Assembly (NCBI GenBank): GCA_965247895.1 | Contig: OZ252046.1 | Span: 951,140-1,015,139, forward strand | Length of the DNA stretch: 64,000 nucleotides | Direction: 5' to 3' | Source: Dehalococcoidia bacterium | Lineage (GTDB): Bacteria; Chloroflexota; Dehalococcoidia; UBA2979 | Shown here: one piece after another, positions 19,016 to 29,124 of the stretch | How positions within the stretch are numbered: position 1 is the stretch's first letter | Layout of the letters: each line of letters begins with the position of its first letter | Program-made: the position numbers and the translations under genes | The notes under the pieces: generated by a model | Databases searched by the model: none | What the model saw: only the letters and a program-made list of their open reading frames with translations | What the model was told of the DNA's origin: nothing

Positions 19016-19825
19016 ATGACGACCGCCGAAACCACGACCGACGAGCTGCTGGCAGAACGCGATGGCCACGTCCTCGTCCTGACCATGAACCGGCCCCACC
19101 GGCTCAACGCCATCAGCGGACCGATGCTGCGGGAGTTGGTGGACCAGCTCAACGCCGCGAACCGCGACCCGGAGGTGCGCTGCATCATCCTCACGGGGGC
19201 CGGCCGGGGCTTCTGCTCGGGCCTCGACCTGGTCGACCGCTCCGCTGCGCTGAACGACGAGTCGAGCGAGCGCCCGGCGCCACAGCTGTTCGACACGCGG
19301 GGCACGCCTCCGTCGACGTTGTTCCACATGGACAAGCCGGTGATCGCCGCCGTGAACGGCGCCGCCGCCGGCTACGGGATGGACCTCGCGCTGCTCTGCG
19401 ACATTCGCATCGCGGGCGAGTCGGCGAAGTTCGCGCCGGTGATGGTGAAGCGCAACGTGCTGCCCGAGTCGGGCGGCAACTGGCTGCTCCCACGCCTCGT
19501 GGGCTGGGGGAAGGCCGCGGAGATCTTCTTCCTCGGCCGCAACCTCGACGCCCGGCAGTGCCTCGAGTACGGCCTCGTGAACAGGGTCGTCGCGGACGCT
19601 GAGCTGATGACCGAGACGATGGCCTGGGCCCAGGAGATCGCGGCCAACGCGCCGATGGCGGTGCAGGCGACCAAGCGCATGATGCGCCAGGGCCTCGACG
19701 AGGGCTTCGACACGACGGTCGACCACGTCTACGGGCACCTCGGCCGGCTCTTCGCCGCCGACGACTTCCGCGAGGGCGTCGCGAGCTTCATCGAGCGACG
19801 CAACCCGGAGTTCAAGGGGCGGTAA
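19016..19825 (+). CDS. Enoyl-CoA hydratase/isomerase (crotonase family)
   Basis: Motifs GAGRGFCSGLDL and AAVNGAAAGYG. Confidence 0.85.
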   Translation: MTTAETTTDELLAERDGHVLVLTMNRPHRLNAISGPMLRELVDQLNAANRDPEVRCIILTGAGRGFCSGLDLVDRSAALNDESSERPAPQLFDTRGTPPSTLFHMDKPVIAAVNGAAAGYGMDLALLCDIRIAGESAKFAPVMVKRNVLPESGGNWLLPRLVGWGKAAEIFFLGRNLDARQCLEYGLVNRVVADAELMTETMAWAQEIAANAPMAVQATKRMMRQGLDEGFDTTVDHVYGHLGRLFAADDFREGVASFIERRNPEFKGR

Positions 19826-19909
19826 TCAGGGGACGGGACTGACCTCGAGCGACTCGTATCGCGCGCGCTCGAGGGTTCGCGGGCAGTCCCGTTGGCCGGA
19901 CGGCTACAG

Positions 19910-20644
19910 CTACCCCAGGATGCCGATGCGCATGGCGGTGAGGACCGCCTGCAGCTTCGTCGTTGCGTTCAGCTTGCGCCGGAAGTGGCGGACGTGATTG
20001 CGCACCGTGTGCAGGCTGATGCCGAGGTCGTCGGCTATCTGCTGCGTCTCCCGGCCCAGCGCCACCAGACGCAGCACCTCCAGCTCGCGCGCAGTCAGCG
20101 GCATGGTGTCGGCCGGGTCCGCTGCATCGACGGGAGCGCCAGAGACGATCTCGACTCCCTGCTCGCTCAGCTCGCTCCTGATGCCGTCCGTGGTGCGCCC
20201 GGCCTCGGGGCTATCGTCGAAGAGGTGCACCAGCAGGGGCGCGTCCATGTCGGCACAGACCGCGACCATGGGAGTGAGCTTGACCGTCTTGTGCTCCCCG
20301 GAGGCGGAGCGCATCTGCATGGTGGCAGCGCCCGGAACTCCACCGGTCCTCAGAGCGGTGATCGAGGGGCAGCCCTCCACGCATGCGGGAGTGAAGCCCC
20401 CTGGCGCCTGCCCCGCCACCACGTCGTAGCACCGCCGCCCGACGACCTGCTCGGGCGAAAAGCCGAGGATCCGCTCTGCCTCCGGGTTCCAGAACAGGAT
20501 GGTCTGGTCCAGGGACATCGCGTAGACGCCGAACGGCGCCGGGCTCAGCAGTGCGAAGATGCGTTCTGCGTTCAAGGTCGCCCACCTGTTAACACAATCA
20601 GCAGGGGGGAAATCGGTCCGTCCTGTGACGCGACGGCCCACCAT
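19910..20644 (-). CDS. PAS-domain LuxR-family transcriptional regulator
   Basis: PAS-like LDQTILFWNPEAERILGF, with a C-terminal HTH LTARELEVLRLVALGRETQQIADDLGISLHTVRNH. Confidence 0.8.
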   Translation of the reverse strand: MVGRRVTGRTDFPPADCVNRWATLNAERIFALLSPAPFGVYAMSLDQTILFWNPEAERILGFSPEQVVGRRCYDVVAGQAPGGFTPACVEGCPSITALRTGGVPGAATMQMRSASGEHKTVKLTPMVAVCADMDAPLLVHLFDDSPEAGRTTDGIRSELSEQGVEIVSGAPVDAADPADTMPLTARELEVLRLVALGRETQQIADDLGISLHTVRNHVRHFRRKLNATTKLQAVLTAMRIGILG

Positions 20645-20862
20645 GCCATGCCCGTGCTACCGATACGCCAAGAGACTTACTCACACCGGGGAGACCGTCC
20701 ATAACACAACCATGCTGGAGTGCGCCACCACGCGCCACGCTTCCCGGTGCGACCCTCCATCGGACAGAGCAGTCCCCTCCCGATCAGACGGCCGCCGGCG
20801 ACGCCGCGCCGTCCGAATTCGCTGTGCACGCCTGACAATCTTCGCGATACCGCACTCCCCCG

Positions 20863-21744
20863 CTAGACCCGCAACTCGATCGACTCGAGGGCGGGGACCA
20901 GCAGCGCGGGGACGCGCTCGCGCACCAGATCCACGGTCCACCCGCCCTCGTGGAAGATACGGATCTTCGGGTCCGGGTGCGAGTAGAGCGAGAGCCGGTC
21001 CGCGCCCATGCCGAAGATTTGCCCGGTGATCTCCTGCGCCTCGTCGCTCGCGAGGTAGACGACGATCGGGGCGCACTCCTCGGGCTGGCCGGTGCGCGTC
21101 GCGGCCCGGCCGCCGTGCGTGAGGCCTCGCGCGCCCTTTATGTCGCCAATGTTGTCGGGGATGGTCGCGGTCATCTCCGTCTCCGCCGAGGGCGAGATCG
21201 CGTTGACGGTGATGCCGTACTTGATCAGCTCCAGCGCCCAGCCGCGCGTGATCGTGGCGATCGCGCCCTTCGTCGCCGAGTAGTTGGAGTTGCCCGTGTA
21301 GCCGCTCAGGCCGCTGTCGGCGGTCATGTTGATGATGCGGCCGCTCCCCTGCGCCCGCATGTGCCGCGAGGCGAAGCGCGTACAGGCGAAGTGACCCTTG
21401 AGGTTCGTCGCCAGCACCTCGTCGTACTCCTCCTCGGTCATGTTGAAGATCATGCGGTCGCGCACGATCCCCGCGTTGTTCACGAGAACGTCGATGCTCC
21501 CGAACGCCTCGATGCAGGTCTCGACGATACGCTCGCCCGCATCCCAGCTGGCGATGCTCTCGGCGAAGGTCACGGCGTTGCCGCCGGGGCCGGCGTTGAT
21601 CTCCTGCGCGAGCGCCTCGCACTGGTCCGGATTGCGCCCGTTGACCACCACGTTCGCGCCCGCCTCGGCCAGTCCCACGACGTAGGCGCGCCCCAGCCCG
21701 CGCGTCGAGCCCGTCACCACCGCGTTCTTTCCTGCCAGCAGCAC
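20863..21744 (-). CDS. SDR-family oxidoreductase
   Basis: Motifs TGSTRGLG and NNAG. Catalytic YxxxK is inferred. Confidence 0.85.
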   Translation of the reverse strand: MLLAGKNAVVTGSTRGLGRAYVVGLAEAGANVVVNGRNPDQCEALAQEINAGPGGNAVTFAESIASWDAGERIVETCIEAFGSIDVLVNNAGIVRDRMIFNMTEEEYDEVLATNLKGHFACTRFASRHMRAQGSGRIINMTADSGLSGYTGNSNYSATKGAIATITRGWALELIKYGITVNAISPSAETEMTATIPDNIGDIKGARGLTHGGRAATRTGQPEECAPIVVYLASDEAQEITGQIFGMGADRLSLYSHPDPKIRIFHEGGWTVDLVRERVPALLVPALESIELRV

Positions 21745-21850
21745 GCCTGCCTCCCTTCCAATACGCTCGTTGCGGCCACTTTAGCGGACCGCGACGCCCT
21801 CGGAGCGGCCGGCGCGCTACCCTCCCGGCGATGACGAGAGGAGCCAGGCC

Positions 21851-22621
21851 ATGACCGACACGGAGCAGGACCGCGAACAGACACTCGAGGGCAAGGCGGC
21901 GCTCGTGACCGGAGGCGCCTCCGGCATCGGCGCGGCCACGGTCGAGGAGCTCGCGCGGCGCGGCGCGCGTGTGGCGGTGCTGGACCGCGACGGCGAGGGC
22001 GCAGCGCGTAGCGCCGCAGCCGCCGAGGCGCTCTCGGGCGAGGCGCTGACGCTCCCCTACGACCTCGCCGACACCGCCGGCATTCCCGGCGTCGTGCGCC
22101 AGGTGCTGGACGCCTTCGGGCACATCGACATCCTCGTCAACTGCGCCGGGATCAGCGCGCGCGGCGGGCTGCTCGACCTGGCGGAGGCGGACTGGGATCG
22201 CGTCCACGTCGTCAATCTCAAGGCGCCGATGCTGCTCATGCAGGAGGTGGCGAGGCACATGATCGAGCGCGGCGAGGGTGGGCGGATCGTGAACGTCAGC
22301 TCCAGCTCGGCGTTCCGCGCGCGCTCACACGTCGCCTACGCAAGCTCGAAGGCGGCGATCGTCCAACTCTCCCGCAGCGCCGCCGCCGACCTCGCGCCGT
22401 ACGGCATCAACGTCAACGCGGTCGCGCCGGGGCTGACCCGCACGGGCATGACAGGCGACAGGGACATCGACGAGGACGCGCGCGACGGGCACCTCTCGAA
22501 TCTCTTCGGGCGCGCCGCCGAGCCGCCCGATGTCGCCGCGGCGATCGTCTTCCTCTGCCTGCCGGAGAGCCGCCAGATCACCGCGCAGACGATTCACACC
22601 TCGGCTGGCCTCGTCGTCTGA
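21851..22621 (+). CDS. SDR-family oxidoreductase (3-oxoacyl-ACP reductase-like)
   Basis: Motifs TGGASGIG, NCAG and YASSKAA. Confidence 0.85.
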   Translation: MTDTEQDREQTLEGKAALVTGGASGIGAATVEELARRGARVAVLDRDGEGAARSAAAAEALSGEALTLPYDLADTAGIPGVVRQVLDAFGHIDILVNCAGISARGGLLDLAEADWDRVHVVNLKAPMLLMQEVARHMIERGEGGRIVNVSSSSAFRARSHVAYASSKAAIVQLSRSAAADLAPYGINVNAVAPGLTRTGMTGDRDIDEDARDGHLSNLFGRAAEPPDVAAAIVFLCLPESRQITAQTIHTSAGLVV

Positions 22622-22682
22622 GGACCGCGCGGCGCGGTACCATCCGCGCGAGGCAGCACGCACGGGCACGAGGGGGCGAACC

Positions 22683-23660
22683 ATGGCGGATCGGGGCATC
22701 GACATCGCAAGCCGGCTGGACGAGATGCACCTGGAGGCCTACCAGGGCATGGAGGTGCGCGAACTCGACGTCGACGATGTCGCCGGCTCCGTCGCGTCGC
22801 TGCGCGCCAGCGCAGCCCTGCGCGAGCGCCAGCCCCTGCCCGAGGGCGTCACGACCGAGGACCACTACGCGCCCGGCCCGGACGGCGCGCCGGACGTGAT
22901 GGTGCGGCTCTACCGCCCGGAGGGCCTCGCCCCCGGCGGACCGGCCTTCTACTGGATTCACGGCGGGGGGATGGTCCTCGGAAGCGTCGACAACAGCGAC
23001 GGCTTCTGCGGGGAGCAGGCCGCCAACCTCGGCATCCTCGTCGCCTCGGTCGAGTACCGGCTCGCGCCGGAGCACCCCTACCCCGCACCGCTGGAGGACT
23101 GCTACGCCGGCCTGCGCTGGTTCGCCTCATCGACCGACGAGCTGGGGATCGACCCGGCGCGGATCGCGATCGGCGGCGGGAGCGCGGGCGGTGGGCTCGC
23201 CGCCGGGCTCGCGCTGCTCGTGCGCGACCGCGGCGAGATCGATGTCTGCTTCCAGTTGCTCGTCTACCCGATGATCGACGACCGCAACATCAGCAACAGC
23301 AGCCACACGATCACGGACCTGCGGCTCTGGAACCGCCAGAAGAACCTCGTCGGCTGGAGCGCCTACCTCGCGGGCAACAACGGTGGCGACGACGTCTCTC
23401 CCTACGCCGCGCCGGCGCGCGCCACCAACCTCGAGGGCTTGCCGCCCGCCTACATCAACGTCGGCGCGCTCGACCTCTTCATGGACGAAGACGTCACGTA
23501 TGCGCAGGCGCTCCTCGCCGCGGGCGTGCGCACCGAGCTGCACGTCTACCCGATCGCCTTCCACGGATCGTCGAACAGCGTCCCCGACTCGCCGATCTCG
23601 CAGCGCTGGTCCGCGGACCAGCAGGACGCCCTGCGCCGAGCGCTGCGCGGCGAGGGCTAG
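22683..23660 (+). CDS. Alpha/beta hydrolase (HSL/Abhydrolase_3 esterase-lipase family)
   Basis: HGGG oxyanion motif, nucleophile elbow GGSAGG. The start MADRG at 22683 sits inside the longer track ORF 22530..23660. Confidence 0.8.
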   Translation: MADRGIDIASRLDEMHLEAYQGMEVRELDVDDVAGSVASLRASAALRERQPLPEGVTTEDHYAPGPDGAPDVMVRLYRPEGLAPGGPAFYWIHGGGMVLGSVDNSDGFCGEQAANLGILVASVEYRLAPEHPYPAPLEDCYAGLRWFASSTDELGIDPARIAIGGGSAGGGLAAGLALLVRDRGEIDVCFQLLVYPMIDDRNISNSSHTITDLRLWNRQKNLVGWSAYLAGNNGGDDVSPYAAPARATNLEGLPPAYINVGALDLFMDEDVTYAQALLAAGVRTELHVYPIAFHGSSNSVPDSPISQRWSADQQDALRRALRGEG

Positions 23661-23678
23661 GAGGCGCCGCCGGCGCCG

Positions 23679-24476
23679 CTACGGCAGATCCGCAGGCGTC
23701 AGCTCGAACTCCTCGAGCATCTCCGCGGTCGTCACGATCCGGCCGCTGATCATCGACGGCTCCGTGACGGCCAGCCGCAGGCAGGCCTCGGCGACGTGCT
23801 CGACCGGGGTGACGCGGTCCTTGTTCGCCTCCGTGATGAGCCCGAAGTACTCGACGCCCGGGGTGGCGATCAGTCCCGGCTGGATCGCGTTGACGGCGAT
23901 CGCCGGCTGCTCGGCCGCGAACCCGGTACTGAAGCGCTCCAGCGCCGCCTTGCACATGCCGTAGATCGTGCTGCCCCTGCCCTCCGTGCCCAGCTCCGAG
24001 TGCAGCGCGGCGCCGGATGACATGTTCACGATCGCCCCCCGCTCCCGCTCGCGCATCCCGGCCGCGACCAGCTGGGAGAGGTGCACGGCGGCGTGCACCT
24101 GGATCTCGAACATCACGCGCTCCTGTTCGGCGGGGAACGCATCGGTGGGGTTGTACCAGGTCACCGCGCCGTTGTTGACGAGGATGTCGACCGGACCGAG
24201 TTCGGCCTCTGCCGTCTCGATCAGGCGCTCGCGATCCTCGGCGGAGACGAGGTTGCAGGGCACCGCGAGCGCCTCCCCGCCCGCCGCCTCGATGCGCGCG
24301 ACGACGCCGTTGAGGCTGCCGGAGAGCAGCCGGTGGTCGCCCTCGTTCACGGTTCGCGCGGCCAGCGCGACGCGCGCGCCCTCCATCGCGTAGCGCACCG
24401 CGATCGCCTCACCGATGCCGCGCGAGGCCCCGGTGACCACCGCGACGCGCCCTTCGAGCTGTCCGCCCTCAGCCAT
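23679..24476 (-). CDS. SDR-family oxidoreductase
   Basis: Motifs TGASRGIG and NNGA. Start at MAEGG. Confidence 0.8.
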   Translation of the reverse strand: MAEGGQLEGRVAVVTGASRGIGEAIAVRYAMEGARVALAARTVNEGDHRLLSGSLNGVVARIEAAGGEALAVPCNLVSAEDRERLIETAEAELGPVDILVNNGAVTWYNPTDAFPAEQERVMFEIQVHAAVHLSQLVAAGMRERERGAIVNMSSGAALHSELGTEGRGSTIYGMCKAALERFSTGFAAEQPAIAVNAIQPGLIATPGVEYFGLITEANKDRVTPVEHVAEACLRLAVTEPSMISGRIVTTAEMLEEFELTPADLP

Positions 24477-24636
24477 TTTCGTCCCTCCCATGCATATTCA
24501 AGCCACCCGCTCAGCCCGGATGCCGGACAGCGGCGGCCCCATCCCGATATGCTGTCGCAGGTCTCGCCCGCGCTGCGGGCCTGACGTTACGACACCCGTG
24601 ACCAAGCCACGAGGGGAACACGAGGGGAATCCGCAC

Positions 24637-25428
24637 ATGTCGCTCGAGAACAAGGTCGCACTCGTCGCCGGCGCCAGCCGCGGCATCGGCGCGGACGTCG
24701 CGAAGTACCTCGCCCGCGCCGGCGCGAAGGTCGCCGTCGCCGCCCGCACCGTCGAGGTCACCGACCCGCGCCTGCCCGGCACGATCCACTCGGTCAGCGC
24801 GGAGATCGCGGCCGAGGGCGGGACGGCGCTCCCGGTGGTGATGAACCTGCGCGACATCGAGAGCATCACGGGCGCCGTCGACCAGGTGATGGCCGAGTGG
24901 GGCCAGATCGACATCCTCGTCAACAACGCCGCGATCTTCATCCCGGGCGGGATCGTCGATGCGCGCGAGCGCCACATCGAGCTGAGCATCGCGATCAATC
25001 TCGTCGGCCCGATCGTCTCGATGCGCGCCGTGGTGCCGCACATGCAGGCGGCGGGCGGCGGGCACATCATCAACGTCTCCTCGCGCGGCTCGACCTTCCC
25101 GGGCGTCGGCCCCTACACCGAGGAACAGATCGCCCGTGTTGGCGACCTGCTGTACGGGCCGGAGAAGTCCGGCCTGGAGCACTTCTCGCAGCGCCAGGCG
25201 ATGGCGCTGCAGGCCGACAACATCGCCGTCAACGTGCTCTCGCCCAACGGCCGTGTGAGGACGCCGGGCAATCTCTTCTTCGAGAACGACCCGGAGAACC
25301 CGGACCTCGACTTCGAGACCGCCGACGCGATGGGCAAGGCGACCGTCTGGATCTGCGAGCAGGACGCGAGCAGCTACACCGGCAACATCGTCTACGACGA
25401 GGATCTCGTGGGAGAGCACAACCTCTAG
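24637..25428 (+). CDS. SDR-family oxidoreductase
   Basis: Motifs AGASRGIG and NNAA. Start MSLENK inside track ORF 24415..25428. Confidence 0.8.
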   Translation: MSLENKVALVAGASRGIGADVAKYLARAGAKVAVAARTVEVTDPRLPGTIHSVSAEIAAEGGTALPVVMNLRDIESITGAVDQVMAEWGQIDILVNNAAIFIPGGIVDARERHIELSIAINLVGPIVSMRAVVPHMQAAGGGHIINVSSRGSTFPGVGPYTEEQIARVGDLLYGPEKSGLEHFSQRQAMALQADNIAVNVLSPNGRVRTPGNLFFENDPENPDLDFETADAMGKATVWICEQDASSYTGNIVYDEDLVGEHNL

Positions 25429-25438
25429 CGTCCGCCTC

Positions 25439-26631
25439 GTGGCCCGGCCCGGCCTGCGGCGAGCCTGCGGCGAGCCTGCGGCCCGGCGCTCGCCGCGCTG
25501 CTGCTCCTGCTCGCCGCCTGCGGCGGGCTGTTGCCCGGCGAGGATCGCGAGGCCTCAGCGACTCCGTCCACACCCGCCCCGGCGGCGGCCACCCCGGCGG
25601 CGACGTCACCCTCGGCTGCGACGGCCTCGCCCACGCCGCGCGCCGCCTCGCCGGCTCCGTCCGCGACGCCGACGGCCACACCGACACCCGCGGTGGCGCC
25701 GACCGAAGAGCCAATCACGCTGACCGTCGCCGCCGTCGGGGACCTGATGTTCGCGCGGGACATCGTGACGCTGATGGAGCAGTTCGGCCCCGCCTACCCG
25801 TTCGAGCGGATCGCGCCGCTGCTGGCCGGGAGCGATCTGCTGATCGGCAACCTCGAGGGCACGTTCACCGAGCGCGGGCAACCGCTCGACAAGTACTACA
25901 CCTTTCGCGCTCCGCCGGTGCTCGCCGAGACGCTGACCGCCGCGGGTTTCGATGCCGTCTCGCTGGCGAACAATCACGCGCTCGACTTCGGAACCGAGGG
26001 GCTGCTCGATACGCTCGACGCGCTCGACACGCTCGGCGTCGCGCACTTCGGCGCGGGCCTCGATCGCGGCGAGGCGGAGGCGCCACTGATCCTGGCCGCG
26101 GATGGCGCGTTCGTCGCGCTGCTCGGCTTCAGAGGGGTAGCGTCCTCGGTCTTCGCGGACGGGGACGCGCCCGGCGTCGCCCGCGCCGAGCTCGAGGCTG
26201 TGGCCTCATCGGTCGGCTCGATCGCGCCCGCGGTGGACTTCGTGATCGTCGTCTTCCACTTCGGGACCGAGTACGACGCCGTGCCGACCGAGCAGCAGCG
26301 CGCACTGGCCGCGGCCGCCGCCGATGCGGGCGCCTCGCTGGTGATCGGCCATCACGCCCACACGCTGCAGCCGTGGGAGCGCCGCGGGAATGCGCTGATC
26401 CTCTACGGCCTCGGCAACTTCGTCTTCGACCTGGACCGCGACGATCTCGCGACGCTCGGCGAGGGGCCGTTCGCGACCGTCGTCGCGATTGTCGAGCTCA
26501 GCAGCGCCGCCCCTCCGCGAGTTCGCTTCCGGCCTGCATACATCGATCCGGACGAGAACCGCCCACGGCCCGCCACCGCCGCGGAGCGCGCACGCATCCT
26601 CGAAGCGCTGTCGGAGATCGGGGCTGACTGA
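25439..26631 (+). CDS. CapA/PGA_cap-family (poly-gamma-glutamate biosynthesis-like, metallophosphatase fold) lipoprotein. The GTG start plus lipoprotein signal peptide are put out of frame with the body by an 11-bp tandem duplication.
   Basis: GTG at 25439 reads MARPGLRRACG... If one copy of cctgcggcgag (25453..25474) is removed, it continues in frame as ...PALAALLLLLAACGG (lipobox LAAC) into the 25531..26631 ORF. Body motifs: AVGDLMF, LEGT, SLANNHALD, GHHAHTLQP. Confidence 0.7.
25453..25474. repeat. 11-bp tandem duplication (cctgcggcgag x2, plus a partial third unit) that causes a frameshift
   Basis: Read directly. Confidence 0.8.
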
Positions 26632-26658
26632 CCGCCTCACGGGAGCCGCAACGGGGGC

Positions 26659-28128
26659 ATGTTACGCTGCGGCCACGCCCCGTTCGCGCGAGCCGATGGA
26701 CGCGCAGCGTCGCTCGCGAGGCGCCATACGCGGGGCCGGGGAGGCCGTTTGAGCGACGAGCGCGCCCCGGGCGCCCGCGCGGCACTCGATTCCGCGACGC
26801 TGCGGAGTCCGGAGCGGCCGGGTACCTGGGCCTCCCTCAAGATCACGAACTTCCGTTACCTCTGGCTCGGCCAGGCCGGCCACGCCGCCGGCATCTGGAT
26901 GGAACAGGCCGCGCGGCCCTTCCTGGTCCTCGATCTCACGGACGGGTCGGCGAGCCACGTCGGCGGCGTGCTCGCCGTGCGAACGGTTCCGCAGTTCATC
27001 TTCGGCATGTGGGCCGGCGTGATCGCCGACTCGTTCGACCGCCGCCAGGTGCTGCTGATCGGCAAGGCGGCGACGTTCGTCCTGAACATCGCCTTCGCCG
27101 TGATCCTCGCGCTCGGGCTACTCGAGCTCTGGCACATGTACGCCTACAGCGTCGTCCGGGGCACGCTGATGGCGTTCGACCAGCCGGCGCGCATGGGCCT
27201 CGTGCCCTCCGTGGTTCCCGACACGCATGTCACGAACGCGGTCGCGTTGATGAGCGCGACGCAGAACTCAATGCGCATCCTGGGGGCCGCGAGCGGGGGC
27301 ATCCTCTACGCGGTGTTCGGCGCGACCGGGGCGTTCGCGCTGATCGCCGCCGTCTACACCGTGCCGGTCGCGGCCACGTACCTGCTGCAGACGACACCGA
27401 TGACGAGCGCCGTCACCCGCAGCGCGAGCGGCCTCGCCGGCGGGTTGATCGAGGGCATGCGCTACTGCTTCTCGCACGCCTCGATTCGCGGCGTGCTGCT
27501 GCTCTCGATGATCTACTTCATGTTCGGGATGTCGTTCCTGCAGGTCTTCTCGCCGCTCTTTGCCGAGAAGGTCTTCAACATCGGCAGCGCCGGCTTCGCC
27601 GGCATGACCGCGCTGATGGGAGCGGCCGCCCTGCTCGCCTCGCTGCTGATCGCCAACCGGCAGCCGGATCGCCTCGGTGCGATCCTGCCGATGATCACCA
27701 CCGTCTTCGGCGTGGTGCTGGTCATCTTCTCGCTGACCAGCTACATCCCCGGACCGACCGGGCTCGTGATCCCGTTCGCGATGCTGGCGCTGCTGGGCGC
27801 GCTGCAGACCAGCTACATGGCGCTCTCGCGCTCGGCCCTGCTGCAGACCGCGCCCGCCCAGATGCGCGGCCGCGTCTTCGGCGTGCTCACGCTCGATCGC
27901 GCCTTCATGACCGCGGGCGCGGCGAGCGCCGGGTTCCTCTCCGATGTAGTCGGCGTGCAGCCCGCGCAGATCGCTTTCGGCATCGTCTGCGCCCTCGGCG
28001 GCATCCTGATCTTCGCCGTTGCGGGCGAGTTCCGGCGCGCACGCGTCGGGGCGCACTACAACGTGCCCACGAGCAGCGAGGGTCAGCGCAGCGACGCCAG
28101 CGCCAGCGGAGAGGCCGCAGAACGCTGA
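26659..28128 (+). CDS. MFS transporter (MFS_3 / EntS-like)
   Basis: 12 hydrophobic segments. Start uncertain. Confidence 0.75.
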   Translation: MLRCGHAPFARADGRAASLARRHTRGRGGRLSDERAPGARAALDSATLRSPERPGTWASLKITNFRYLWLGQAGHAAGIWMEQAARPFLVLDLTDGSASHVGGVLAVRTVPQFIFGMWAGVIADSFDRRQVLLIGKAATFVLNIAFAVILALGLLELWHMYAYSVVRGTLMAFDQPARMGLVPSVVPDTHVTNAVALMSATQNSMRILGAASGGILYAVFGATGAFALIAAVYTVPVAATYLLQTTPMTSAVTRSASGLAGGLIEGMRYCFSHASIRGVLLLSMIYFMFGMSFLQVFSPLFAEKVFNIGSAGFAGMTALMGAAALLASLLIANRQPDRLGAILPMITTVFGVVLVIFSLTSYIPGPTGLVIPFAMLALLGALQTSYMALSRSALLQTAPAQMRGRVFGVLTLDRAFMTAGAASAGFLSDVVGVQPAQIAFGIVCALGGILIFAVAGEFRRARVGAHYNVPTSSEGQRSDASASGEAAER

Positions 28129-28190
28129 CCGGCTCGCCCGGCGGTGCACGCTACTCTCCCGCACTGGTACCCTCCGAAAAGGAGGGTGCC

Positions 28191-29012
28191 ATGCCTCGCT
28201 ACCTGATCGTCGCGGACCAGACCGCCACCAGCCTCGAACTCGTCTCGACGGCAACCGAGCTGTCGAAGGAGCACCCGGGCTCGACGTTCGTGCTGCTGCT
28301 GCCGGCGCTGCTGCCCTCGCACGTGCGGGGCGGACCGTTCGACGCCGTCACGCGCGGACGCGCCGAGCAGGCGCGCAGCTTGCTGGAGCGCGCGGGCGTC
28401 ACCGTCGAGCGCACCACCATCGGCGACGCCGCCCCGCTGCTCGCGATCGAGGACGAGCTCGACGAGCACCCCGGGGCCTACGACGAGCTGCTGCTCTGCA
28501 CGCTGCCCGCCAGCATCTCGCGCTGGCTGCGCCTCGACCTGATCGAGCAGGTGGAGCAGCGCTTCGAGCTGCCGATCCGGCACATCGAGGCGCAGTTGCC
28601 GAGCCGCCTCGAGTTCCGCCGCGCCACGCTGCGCGACCACGAGCGCATCCAGGCGCTCTGGGACGAGTCCCGCCTCGAAACCGTCGACGAGGACGAGTGG
28701 GACACGCTGATCACGAGCCCGGGCGCGATCGCGCTCGTCGCCGAGGAGGAAGGTGCGATGGTCGGCGCGATCGTCGCCACGGTCGATGGCTGGCGGGCGT
28801 ACGTCTACCACGTCGCCGTCGTCCCTGCGCGCCGCCGCCGCGGCGTCGCGCAGGCGCTCTTCGTGGAGGCCCACGCGCACCTCGCGCGCGCCGGCAACCG
28901 GATCATCTACGTGATGGTCAACGAGGAGAACGACGCCGGCATGGCGCTGCTGCGCTCGCTCGGCTACCGCACCCAGGGCGACATCGTGATGGTCCACCAG
29001 CTCGAGCCCTGA
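28191..29012 (+). CDS. Two-domain protein: N-terminal USP-like (universal stress protein fold) domain + C-terminal GNAT N-acetyltransferase
   Basis: ATG at 28191 is preceded by aaaggaggg. C-terminal GNAT motif RRRRGVAQALFVEAH. The long track ORF 27009..29012 is an N-terminal artefact. Confidence 0.7.
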   Translation: MPRYLIVADQTATSLELVSTATELSKEHPGSTFVLLLPALLPSHVRGGPFDAVTRGRAEQARSLLERAGVTVERTTIGDAAPLLAIEDELDEHPGAYDELLLCTLPASISRWLRLDLIEQVEQRFELPIRHIEAQLPSRLEFRRATLRDHERIQALWDESRLETVDEDEWDTLITSPGAIALVAEEEGAMVGAIVATVDGWRAYVYHVAVVPARRRRGVAQALFVEAHAHLARAGNRIIYVMVNEENDAGMALLRSLGYRTQGDIVMVHQLEP

Positions 29013-29124
29013 GCCGCCGGGCGCCCGGCCGAGCCCGCACCAACACCTCGGCGCCGCCTACCACACTGCGAACCGTGCGGGCCGCGTATCATGCGGACCG
29101 CGAAGCACCACGGAGGAGTAGCGC

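Noticed and set aside
20681-22258. 525-aa minus-strand ORF
   Set aside because: It is Arg-rich junk that overlaps two convincing SDR genes in other frames.
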